A stretch of DNA of 64,000 nt from the human T2T-CHM13v2.0 reference genome, Homo sapiens: the NCBI RefSeq assembly GCF_009914755.1, contig NC_060933.1; one strand, written 5' to 3'. The notes beneath the pieces are model-generated. The model saw only the letters and a program-made list of their open reading frames with translations, was not told where the DNA came from and ran no database searches. This document shows positions 1 through 13,230 of this stretch, in pieces. Both the position numbers and the translations under genes were made by a program. The number at the start of each line of letters is the position of its first letter. Within the stretch, counting starts at the first letter, position 1.

Positions 1-175
1 ATCCCTTCTTTGATATTTTTCCTCCCTTCTACAGTGACTTTTAAAATCCAAATCTAATCAAGCTGCCACTGAGGACATATTGTTATATTAAACATACAAA
101 TGTTTAAGCCTTATTAAATACAGACTGGGTTTCAGTAAATCAGAAATGGTTAAAAAAAAAAAAAAAAAAAAAAGA

Positions 176-503
<328 letters not shown>

Positions 504-1169
504 TTACTCCCTAATTATTTATATTGTGCTAAATAAAATTCCCAGTTCCAAAACCAAAATGTAATGACTGCACCATTTTTCACTTTTTCTAGATGTGGTC
601 AGAGACTTTAAATGAGAGAAATGATACATGCATATACTTGGAGAGTAATAGGTATTGCTGAATAATATAAAGTTTGAGAATACACTTTTGCTTAAAACGT
701 AAAATTGGTGATTTATATTATTTTATTTTTAAATGTAGAAATAGCTAAAGTATAAATTTTGTATAATGCAAGTGCTTTTCCTAGGTTTTAGTTTTGTTTT
801 AATTTAGGAGTAAGGGTAAAGAAGCTATTTATAAATAGTACTAAGTCCGTGTGTTCTTTTCTCTAAATACATCTTGATGTGTTACGAAGATCAAATGTTC
901 TGAAAAAGCAAATTTCCTCTAAACCTGAGTCCTCTCTTTCACTAGCAGAGAGAAAAAGTCTCTGCTAAAGTTACTGGATGAAAACAGAAACTGTATATTT
1001 GACTCTATTAAAGGAAAAAATAAAATGTTTTTTATAATATTAAGTCAACTTGAAATAAAAGAAAAAAGTTAGCTATTCAGGCCTGTCCCTAACATTTGTG
1101 GAAGTTCAGAAGTATTGCAAATCTAGACCCACATATTAATGACTACATATTTATAAGACATCAATCAAG

Positions 1170-1680
1170 CTTAAGAACTGTTAAAGTGTATTGAAATTCC
1201 TACATTGACAACTTCATAACAACTTAAAAAATTAAATTGAAATCTGCATTCTTGGACTGCCAGGAGAGGTCCACAATGGAATGTGAGGATTGGAAAGAGG
1301 CCCCAGGTCATAGCCAATTTCATTCTCTTTCCACCCCTCTTTCCATCTTGCTGGATGAGGGGTTTGTTACATCCAAGATACTGCAGCCTATTTGTCCAGC
1401 ATCTCCTCATGAGACATCCCTTTGACCAAGGGTTGTACACACCAGTCCACCTTCAAAAAGGCTGGTGTAGGGAATGGCCTTGAATAGACCTTGAAAGCAA
1501 TCTTAGGACCTTTTATTTCTCCTAAAGAGGAATCCAGAGTCTTGAGTATTGGTACATTGGCATAGCACATGGATGGGCATGAGTCTTGTTTCACATGAGC
1601 ACATTCACTTGTTTTGTGGACTCATTGCCACTTCCCCTTCTACTCTCCTTCCCAGCCCCCATGGGAGGAAGGTGAAAGTG
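1170..1680. mobile_element. Probable ancient DNA-transposon remnant (hAT-Tip100-like), tentative
   Basis: GC-richer island loosely resembling recalled MER115/Zaphod-type sequence; no termini identified. Confidence 0.3.
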
Positions 1681-1919
1681 GTTTGTGGTTCACTCTAAAG
1701 GGCTGGCCTAGAACCTGAGTTCCTCTTCCCTTTAGTCTAAGTTTAGCACTGCAACTATCTTGTTCCACTGTTCACATTTACCACGAAATGGGTCAAACAT
1801 ACAAAGAGAGCCTAAAGACACTTTTAATACATATTCGTAAATGAAAGTTTATTAATAAAATTGAAGGAGACGTATCAACACATAGTCACTTCTTTTCTAG
1901 AAAACACTCCCTACTTTAT

Positions 1920-2900
1920 AGAATTGCTATGTGTATAGTTCCTCAGTAAGTGCTATGTGTGAACAGAAGATGTAGAATACAGATCTTTTATCTTCAGGTC
2001 ACTTAATATCCAAGTCTGAACATAAGAAACATAAACACAAAAAAGTAACTTTCAGAAAAGTGCTATGCAATATATATTGGGGATCTTCTAAGGAGGGAGA
2101 TGCCATCGTGGACTATGATGATCAAAGAAAGGTTAATAGAGCTTCCTATTATGTGATACTCTTCAATAATATGGGGAAGATGAAAAATGCATTATGGATT
2201 ATTCAAAAGACAAGTGCAAATTTGGTGATAAGCATAGAAAACATTCAGAAGTATAGAATGCATACATTAGACAGAATAATGTGATTGTTTCAGAATATTT
2301 GAATATACAATTAGAAGTAAATGTTGGGACAAATTATGAAGGATTTAGAATATTAGATGTGAGAATTTGAACTTTATTCATAAATAATCAAAAAAGAAAA
2401 TGATTGTAAATTGCTCAAAAAAGGGCTATCCATCAAAAGGAGAGTCAGGGAATAACATGTATTTTGTGCATTCAAAAAAAAAATCAAAAGACTGTCTTCC
2501 ACTTTCACCTTTTAAGTGTAAGGGTCACAGAAGGTAAAGAAAGTAGAAATAAATTTGAGAAATCATTGAAAAAAAGAATTTAAGCATATGAGTAGGCATA
2601 GGCAAACCAAGGTAATGACAATGTCTGTGACCACAAATTTTTGATCAGTTTGACAATAGTACCTTTGACATAAATAGGAGAAACTTGAGTCAGGAACTTT
2701 GTCCTTTACTCATAGCACCTGGCATAAGAGCTGGAGCCAGTTTTATGTTTTTGCTAGTTTTTGTTTGTTTTCTTTATACATAAAACAAAGTAAAAAATGA
2801 AAATGGCCAGAAAAAAGTTGGAAATTTGAGACTGGATCTCAGGATAGGTATTATGATGTATTTTTAGTATACTCATTTACATAGAGATGATGGTTTACAC
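1920..2900 (-). mobile_element. L2 remnants
   Basis: Degenerate purine-rich text typical of antisense L2 (e.g. GAGAATTTGAACTTTATTC, GAGACTGGATCT). Confidence 0.45.
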
Positions 2901-3842
2901 TATTTTGAGAAAAAGTAATGGTTTAGATGGAAAGTTAAAAATCAAGAAAAGAAATAAGGCATTAGACAGAAACAAAAATATTCAGGATAGGTTCATGTTA
3001 TAGAAGCCTTAAAAGGACAGGTTGATAGATTTTAAAAATATTACAGTAAATAATAATGTTAGAAAGAAATTGATCACAAATTTCTCACCAAACATGCTAT
3101 CACAATCAGATTACCTCAAACCAGAATGTAATCAAAACCATTGCCTCTTTCTCTAACAACAAAGATTACTATTTACTACTGCTGTAGCATTTTGATACCT
3201 TCAGGTCTATAGGAAAGGAATAAAACACCAAATGATTCTCAGCACAAAAATGGATAATGAATATCCATTTATTGTTATTAAAATAATGGGCATGATTATG
3301 CTAATAGGTAACATTCTTTCTTTAGTATGAAATTGCATTGTATTGTGTCTAAGAAAAAGTGTTGGTTGTTTTTGCAAAGTATAATTCAGGAGATTAATTG
3401 TATTCACCAATCCACAGTTTTCACTAATGAGAAGTGAACTGGAATTTGAAAGCACATACACTTTTCCCCTTAAACAATTGCCCACTCCATTTTGCAAGCT
3501 GAGAAATGGAGAAAGAGGGATATCAATCTAGGTAAAGTCTGAGGTGCTACTTGTATTAACAGGACTCAGGAATCAAAAATCTGTACTTCCTCCCATAAAA
3601 AGGGGTGCGATTTTTCCCTGTAGACAGTGAGTTAATGTGGCTGCCTTCAAAGGCAAACAGACTTCAATGTGACTAGAAGAAAAGGACAATGGAGTGTCCC
3701 CAAAAGAGAGGCATGTTTTTTAATGAATGAAAAACCAGAGATACTTTTCAAAATAATAGAATAACATGGCTTATTTTCATTATATTACAATACATTTAGT
3801 AGACTGTCCTGTCCTTCAGAAATAAGAGCCACAGTGAAATGA

Positions 3843-4090
3843 CAATAATACATAGTAACCCTTTACTATGAGCCTAACACTAAAAATATTATTTTGTATT
3901 TATTGTTTTATTTAATTTTCACAAAAATATAATGCCTATACTACCAATACACACTTTTGCAGATGAGAAAATTGTATCAGAAGATGTAATGAAATTCTTC
4001 AACTTTACATACCTAATAACTGCTAAGATTGGCATTTGAATATACTTTGTCTGATTTTAGAGATTGTGACCTTAACCACTATGTCATACT
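3843..4090 (-). mobile_element. MIR
   Basis: TTTTGCAGATGAGAAAATTG core and CTTAACCACTATG end match the reverse MIR consensus. Confidence 0.75.
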
Positions 4091-4891
4091 TCCTTCCTGA
4101 AGTGTTACTGATTCACATAGACACACAAATCTGGGCTTGGCTAGGTTCCTTTTCCCAAAGAGAGAGATGGGAAAATCTACTCCTTAAATGGACTATCAAA
4201 CCAAACTTTAGATATCTTAGTCACAGAATACTATAAGTTAGTATATTTTATTTCTTAGTAGGTTATTAATGAAAAATTTTAGGAAGAAACTTAAAGCATA
4301 ACAACACATTGTTACAATAGGGAGTTAGAGATGAAATATTTTTAATAAAGGAAGGACTATGTAATAGTAGCCATATCAAGGAGGTCTTTTGGAATGGACT
4401 AGCATGAGTCTGCATTAGTACAGGAGGAACCACAGAGGATTAACAGCTTAAAGCTGATAGAGAATATTTGATGCTAGAGATAAAAGGAATTGATTGAATT
4501 TAAAGTTCTAGTGGAAAAGTTAGTCTGGACAATGGGCACTGAAAATTCAAGAATGGGTGATTTCAAATGTAGGAAAATGTGAGCTAGGATGATTTATAGG
4601 TACATAAAGGAGCTCTTTATAGATGGTCACTGATGGTTTCAATAAAGTAGAAATGAGTTCATTTGTCAAGAATAAAGAAATTGGGACCATTGGGAGCTTA
4701 AGGTGATTAGGCAAAGCTTGGCATAGATGCTGACAGAAGTGTATCAGAAACGTAACAGGTCCAATCTTACTGATCTACCTTTATTGATTCATTTGTTTAC
4801 TTGTTCATTCACTTTTTATTTAACAAAGAATTTAGTCATAACATTTTATATTATATTTATGTATATATTTAAATTATATTTATATTTATTT

Positions 4892-6491
4892 AGCTCCCCA
4901 CCCCACAACAGGCCCCAGTGTGTGATGTTCCCCTGCCTGTGTCCATGTGTTCTCGTTTTTCAACTCCCACTTATGAGTGAGAACATGCGATATTTGTTTT
5001 TCTGTTCCTGTGTATTTTTGCTGAGAATGATGGTTTCCCACTTCATCTGTGTCCCCAGGAAGGACATGAACTAATCCTTTTTATGGTTGCATAGTATTCC
5101 ATGGTGTATATGTTTCACATTTTCTTTATCCAGTCTGTCATTGATGAGCATTTTTGTTGGTCCCAAGTCTTTGCTATTGTGAATACTGCTGCGTAAACAT
5201 ACATGTGCATGTGTCTTTATAGTAGAATGATTTATAATCCTGTGGGTATATACCCAGTAAAGGGATTCCTGGGTCAAATGATATATCTGGTTCTAGATCC
5301 TTGAGGAATCACCACATTGTCTTCCACAATGGTTGAACTAATATACATTCCCACCAACAGTGTAAAAGCGTTCCTATTTCTCCACATCCTCTCCAGCATC
5401 TGTTGTTTCCTAACTTTTTAATGATATCCATTCTAACTGGCTTATGCCAGATGGCATCTCATTGTGGTTTTTTTTAATTATACTTTAAGTTTTAGGGTAT
5501 ATGTGCACAACATGCAGGTTTGTTACATATGTATACATGTGCCATATTGGTGTGCTGCGCCCATTAACTCATCATTTAACATTACGTATATCTCCTAATG
5601 CTATCCCTCGTCCCTCCCCCCACCCCACGACAGGCCCCGGTGTGTGATGCTCCCCTTCCTGTGTCCATGTGTTCTCATTGTTCAATTCCCACCTATGAGT
5701 GAGAACATGCAGTGTTTGTTTTTTTGTCCTTGCGATAGTTTGCTGAGAATGATGGTTTCCAGCTTCATCCATGTCCCTACAAAGGACATGAATTCATCAT
5801 TTTTATCTCATTGTGGTTTTGATTTGCATTTCTGTAAAGCCCAGTGTTGAATTTTTTTCATGTGTTTTTTGGCCACATAAATGTCTTCTTTTGAGAAGTG
5901 TCTGTTAGTATGCTTCGCTCACTTTTTGATGGGATTGTTTTTTTTCTTCTTGTAAATTTGTTTAAGTTCCTTGTAGATTCTGGATATTAGCCCTTTGTCA
6001 GATGGGTAGATTGCAAAAATTTTCTCCCATTCTTTAGGTTGCCTGTTCACTCTGATGATAGTTTCTTTTGCTGTGCAGAAGCTTTTTAGTTTAATCAGAT
6101 CTCATTTGTCAATTTTGATTGTTATTGCTTTTGGTGTTTTAGTCATGAAGTCTTTGCCCATGTCTATGTCCTGAATGGTATTGACTAGGCTTTCTTCTAG
6201 GGTTTTAATGTTTTAGGTCTTATGTTTAAGTCTTCAATGCAGCTTGAGTCAATTTTTGTATAAGGTGTTAAGGAAGGGGTCCAGTTTCAGTTTTCTGTAT
6301 ATGGCTAGCTAGTTTCCCAGCACCATTTATTAAATAGGGAATACTTTTCCCATTACTTGTTTTTGTCAGGTTTGTCAAAGATCAGATGGTTGTAGATGTG
6401 TGGCATTATTTCTGAGGCCTCTGTTCTGTTCCATTGGTCTATATATCCATTTTGGTACCAGTACCATGCTGTTTTGGTTACTGTAGCCTTG
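4892..6491 (-). mobile_element. L1PA (about PA7/8) 3' UTR and ORF2 3' part; extreme 3' end missing; interrupted by nested L1
   Basis: CCCCACAACAGGCCCCAGTGTGTGATGTTCCCC and continuous antisense ORF2 up to GGTTACTGTAGCCTTG. Confidence 0.92.
5472..5804 (-). mobile_element. Nested 5'-truncated L1PA4/5-like 3' end
   Basis: TTATACTTTAAGTTTTAGGGTA 3' terminus; 16-bp TSD ATCTCATTGTGGTTTT at 5456-5471 and 5805-5820. Confidence 0.93.
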
Positions 6492-6607
6492 CAGGGGTTG
6501 CAAACCTAGTATCTGATAAAACAGACTTTAAAGCAACAAAAGTGAAAAAAGACAAAGAAGGGCATTACATAATGGTAAATGGATCAATGCAACAAGGAGT
6601 GCCAACG

Positions 6608-6648
<41 letters not shown>

Positions 6649-7832
6649 CCAATATAGGAGCACCCAGATTGATAAAGCAAATTCTTAGAGACCTACAAAG
6701 AGACTTAGACTCCCACACAATAATAGTGGTAGACTTTAACACCCCACTGTCAATATTAGACAGATCAAGAAGACAGAAAATTAACAAGGATATTTAGGAC
6801 TTGAACTCAGCTCTGGACCAAGCATACCTAGTAGACATTTACAGAACTCTCCACCCCAAATCGACAGAATATGCATTCTTCTCAGTACCACATCACACTT
6901 ACTCTAAAATCGACCACATAATTGGAAGTAAAACACTCCTCAGCAAATGCAAAAGAATGGAAATAATAACAAACAGTCTCTCAGACCACAGTGCAATCAA
7001 ATTAGAACTCAGGATTAAGAAACTCACTCAAAACCGCACAATTACATGGAAACTGAACAAGCTGCTCCTGAGTGACTACTGGGTAAATAATGAAATTAAG
7101 GCAGAAAGAAATAAGATCTTTGAAAACAATGAGAACAAAGACACAACATACCAGAATCTCTGGGACACAGCTAAAGCAATGTTTAGAGGGAAATTTATAG
7201 CACTAAGTGTCCACAGGAGAAAGCAGGAAAGATCTAAAGTTGACACCCTAACATCACAATTAAAAGAACTAGAGAAGCAAGAGCAAACAAATTCAAAAGC
7301 TAGCAGAAGACAAGAAACAACTAAAATCAGAGCAGAACTGAAGGAGATAGAGACATGAAAAGTCCTTCAAAAAATCAATGAATCCAGGAGGGGTTTTTTT
7401 GAACAGATCAACAAAATAGATAGACCACTACCCAGACTAATAAAGAAGAAAAGAGAGAAGACTCAAATAGACACAATAAAAAATGATAAAGGGGATATCA
7501 CTACTGATCCCCCAGAAATACAAACTACCATCAGAGAATACTATAAAAACCTCTACACAAATAAACTAGAAAATCTAGAAAAAATTTATAAATTCCTGGA
7601 CACATCCACTCTCCCAAGACTAAACCAAGAAGAAGTCAAATCCCTGAATAGATCAATAACAAGTTCTGAAATTGAGGCAGTAATTATAGCCTACCAACCA
7701 AAAAAAAAGGACCAGGACCAGACGGATTCACAGCCAAATTCTACCAGAGGTACAAAGAGGAACTGGTATCATTCCTTCTGAAATTATTCCAAACAATAGA
7801 AAAAGAGGTACTCCTCCCTAACTCATTTTATG
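6491..7832 (+). mobile_element. Inverted L1 ORF2 segment (endonuclease domain and downstream), defective
   Basis: ORFs 6579-6797 and 6801-7358 translate to ORF2p EN motifs ([30 protein letters not shown]); stops and frameshifts present. Confidence 0.93.
6610..6645. repeat. (TA)n microsatellite, about 18 units, inside L1 ORF2
   Basis: Pure TA run directly visible. Confidence 0.97.
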
Positions 7833-7899
7833 TAGTCATCCTCTTTTTAAAGTACATTCTTATCATGATAAATAAAATAGGAATTTCTTGGTTTATTTT

Positions 7900-8800
<901 letters not shown>

Positions 8801-8972
8801 TCAAATTTAACCCTTCTGCTGTTTATACCATATATTTAATCCTTCATTTCAACAGATATGGTTTTCATACTGAAAAAATATTTTATGATTGCTAATTTCT
8901 TCTTCAGGTTCAAATATTGTGCCTTATGTCTTTGAGAACATTTACTATACATATTTTTGGATTTATTTTAAC

Positions 8973-9280
8973 TTTTTTTTTTCTTCAGAGTGTCTTTCGG
9001 TTACTCAGGCTGGAGCAAGTGCAGTGGTGACAGCCTCCTAGCTAACTGCAGCCTTGACCTCCTGGGCTCAAGAGATTCTCCTGCCTCAGCCTCCTTGGTA
9101 ACTGGGACTACAAGTGCATGCCGCCACACCTAGCTATTTTTTTTTAATTATTATTTATTTTGTAGAGACAGGGGCTCTCTTGGTTGCCCGAGCTGATCTC
9201 AAACTCCTAGCTTCAAGCAATGCTCCTGTCTTGGACTCCCAAAGTGCTGGGATTACAGACGTAAACCACCACACATGGTC
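8973..9280 (-). mobile_element. AluJ
   Basis: J-type CTGCAGCCTTGACCTCCTGGGCTCAAG; diverged. Confidence 0.9.
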
Positions 9281-12200
9281 ACATATTTTAAACTATTGTT
9301 AATTTTTGTAAATCTGGTTGTCTTTGATATACATGTATTTTATTTTAGAGTCATTGAATTCCTTTGAGGCCTATTTTTTCCTAGTAAGATTTATTATGCT
9401 GATTAAGAATACATGGCACTAAAATCAGGCTCAAGATTGACCCACCAGAAGTGTTTAGAATGAAGGACTCCTTAGGAAATAACTGGATTCTGCCACCCTT
9501 TGTTTGCCTTCCTCCTCCATAAAAGTTGGTGTATTCACGTGTCCTGGGTGGTGCTGTTTACCAAGACTGGTCTCCCTCAGTTTTAATCACCATCCTAACA
9601 CTCATTGTATGGAGTAGCTCGGTTAGAGGAGAATGCCTAGGGTTCAGATGGTCTTTCTGCGTTTGTCACTATTTCCTCATTTTCCAAGCTAGGTTGAGTC
9701 ATATTCTGCCTGGCCGACTCCAAAATGGCTTTAAAGGAGTTAGCAGTGGTCTCTTTTCAACTCTAGTTTTGCTAGAATGGGAGCTCCATTTGGTCAAAGT
9801 TTTGTCTTTCTGGCTCTGTAGTGTATTCTCAGTATTTAGAAGAGTGCCTTGCACACTGTGGGTACTCTAACTATTGAAAGAGCAGAAAAAAATACAGGAA
9901 TGCAATGAAAAGGAATGATGACCACTAAAAACTTCCGCCCCAGCATATTCTGGTTTCCTTACATCTCAGTTTTCTGCTCTTTGCTGTCATTTTTTTCTCT
10001 ACTCGCAGACTTTACTGTAGTTTGTAACTGCAAGGGTTTCTCACATCTTTTAGTATTAGATGCTGATTTCTGTGTCATTTCCAGGGTTGTGGTCACAGAA
10101 AGAAGCCCACATCATGTTAGTTCTCCATCTTACCAGATAAAGCTTAGCTTAATGTACTTCTATGCCAATTTCTTTGAATAACTAAACTTTCAATAATTTA
10201 ATCAATCACTGATTAATCCAAGATTTGTCTCAGATGGGGCACAACTTCCACAACCTAATGTAGCTTCCACAACCTAATTTTTAATCCCCAAAAATGAAAT
10301 TTACCGATTATTTTGTTAAATCATACAAATATAAAAATTCTGAACAGTGAAATAAAGAAAGTATCTCAAAAGTAAGAGTACTCTTGGACAACAATAGCTA
10401 AAAAAGTGTAACAAATATGAAAATATGCAGGCTCTGTCTCTGACCTTTAATCATTCTATACTTCTGGGGAGCAGTTATTTTGAGACTCAGTTTTTACAGA
10501 AGTAAAATGGGAACAAAAACAGTTCCTCTGCCTGGCTCATAGAATTTCTGTGAGAATAAAAGACAATTAATCTTTCTAAAGATATATTACATATATTGTA
10601 AAGTACCACAATTATAAATACAGGAGAATACTTGCTTCTCTTCGTATCCATTTTTCTGTTTCCAATGCTTGTTTGGTTTTTAAAATTTAATAGTATTTTC
10701 CTGCTACTCAATGTTTGACTACTGAAATTCTTATATAAATGTTTTCTGCAAAAAAATTTTATGGACATAGAATAATAATTGTATGTGCTCAGTTGCTTGA
10801 TTAAAATACTTTATTGTGATTATTTTGTAAAGAAAAGAATTGCACTATAATGTCGATGTTGTGCAAATTATAATAATTAAATATTTAGGCTAAAAACGAT
10901 AATGCAAGAAGGCTAAGTTGTATTGTCATATTGTTAAGATTACTTTTTATTTAATGTTCCTAATCAGAAGTGAACCATTATCTATGTAAAAATAATTTAA
11001 TTCAGAAAATTTTGGTCTCAAATTTACATAATGCCATCATTATCCTTTTTATGTTCTGGAAAATTTATTCTAAATTACCTAGAAAAAAAGGTTGATTCTA
11101 TAGTGTTATTTTTTATTCTCTATATCTCAGGTAAGAATAAAGGGAAACGAGTAAGTAAAGGAAAAACAAAGATGAAAAAGGAAATTGTACTCAAGTCACA
11201 TAGACACTGAAGTCTCAGATGTATGTGGAACTTTCTGTTTGGTAGAGGATATAGAAAAGAGAAAGGGATATCGAATTTCTGACAACCTACGTGCTTAGTG
11301 CTTTGTCTACCAATGTGATGAGGACATATTTATTTTTTCCTTGTGCTTTCTGCATTGAGACAAGTACATTATAAGCTTATCATACAAATGATTCAAAAAA
11401 AATACTCGCCATTTATTTTCTATTAGTTCTTTTTCTCCCGAGGTTACTGCCCTACAAGGAGCTATTTTAACCTCCTCCTGTCTTTGCCAGTGAGAACATC
11501 TTGACATGACTCCAATTCCAATTCTGATGTACTGGAAGAATAAAAACACATTTATTTAAAAAATCTAAAGCATATTAATGATGCCATAGAAAGACATCTT
11601 GCTTAAGATAAGCCCATTAATTTTACCTTTGTAAACATGTTTCAGCATGACTGTGTGATTAAGGCTTCATTCTGTGCAGACTACAACTGTAGCAACGGCA
11701 GCAGCCAAGAAAAAATAGCAAAATATTTTTAAAAACAGAAGCAAACAGCAAGGTTTCACAATCCATTGTTTAAATTCATCTTTTATATCTTGTTTTATTG
11801 CGTTTTTCTCTCTTACTTTATGTGTATAATGAAATACCATTATCACTGTCATCATCCCCAGATTAAAGCTTCGAGAAAGAAAGAAAGCCTATCCTAGAAT
11901 TGATTTTTAGGCCATTTTACTTGAGATGATCGACAATAAGAGGATTTTCATTTGCTTTGTCAGTGTAAGCTGGCTGCTGTGCATCTGCAGTGAAGGCAGC
12001 ACAGGTCTCTGTTTGCATTCTGCGGTTTGTTAGCAGCAATGACCTGTCACAGAAAGGCTCTACAGCACAATATTTACACAGATCATTAGCAGAGCAGACC
12101 CTGTTTGCCAGATCGCTAATCAGTTTTGTGACTGCCCCAGTTTCATCAAGACTATAAATAAAATAAGCCATCGGAAAAAGCTCCAAAATGGGCATTGTCA

Positions 12201-12454
12201 GAGCTGGTGACACTTCTGGCAGCTCTAGGCATATAAATCCTCTGATAATAATGCAGTGGTAGTGACAAATAAAAGACTGCATTTAAACTATGAGTCTGAA
12301 AATGAGTGTGTGTGTTACTGCAAGAGGACCTTCTTTTCTTTATACTCTGTCGATTTCAGCTTACTCTAGCCCTATGGTGTAAACAAGCTAGCAATAGTCA
12401 AGTAGGATTTGCTTTTTTCTCCTTTCACTCACGATTGAAATTTGCTTACTGCAG

Positions 12455-12517
12455 TTTGCGATGTAGAGTCCATGACATGTGAACCCATGGTGAAAAGCCA
12501 CAAAAGAAGGGGAATTC
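12455..12517 (+). other. Candidate 63-nt internal exon (unverified)
   Basis: Branch-like CACTCAC, acceptor TTTGCTTACTGCAG, donor TTC/GTAAGT; one open frame. Confidence 0.25.
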
Positions 12518-13112
12518 GTAAGTGAGAGGGCACGCTGGACTTACTGGCCTGTCTGACCTCCGTTGAAAATATTACTCACAGAATCAGTAGCATTCAAAAT
12601 GCTGACAGAAAGATTGTAAGAGGTCAGCAAAGGGTGAACCTGTATGAGAGCCTAGGGACCAACCTTTAAGAGTTATGATAAACTATTAGCTGTATGGTGG
12701 CCACAATTGAAATGCAACTGTTTATTTATTTCTCTTTTTTCATTTTTTGATATGTGCCCAAATCAATAGTGATTGCTTTCTCCTTTGTTGTAGAAAAAAA
12801 GTATATAAAAGACTCAGAAGAGTCAAGCCCTGGGATGTTTTAATAAGAAGTTGACATTGAATAAAAACATTATTTGCAAAGAGAGTTTATTAAAGTCTTT
12901 CAGCTTTGCTCCCTCTGTCTCCTTTGTCACTTGACTCTTACTGAGAACCACAAGGCCATCTAGTAAAGATTACATGGTAATCATTAGTAGACAGATGCAA
13001 TTGTGTCTGCCATGTAATCTTTACTTTCTGTTCCAGGAAAATATGAGTATTTTTAAAGTTAGTGGAAATTTACAGATTTTCTATATACAGGGCATTGGCA
13101 GGCCAGAGAAAC

Positions 13113-13230
13113 GCTAATTAATTCATGTCATAAATGTTTATTGTGCAGCTACTATGTGTACTGGATAGAAAGTAGTATCTGACAGACATGTTCCTTGCCC
13201 TCTGAAACTCAGTTTAGAAAAGAGAATACA
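13113..13230 (-). mobile_element. L2 3' fragment
   Basis: AAATGTTTATTGTGCAGCTACTATGTG ... GACATGTTCCTTGCCCTC resembles the reverse L2 3' end. Confidence 0.6.

Noticed and set aside
152-173. A22 run upstream of the first AluY as a separate retrocopy tail
   Set aside because: No element body upstream; better explained as an expanded A-rich target site.
6801-7358. 185-aa ORF, longest in the window
   Set aside because: Fragment of L1 ORF2p bounded by stops; not a host gene.
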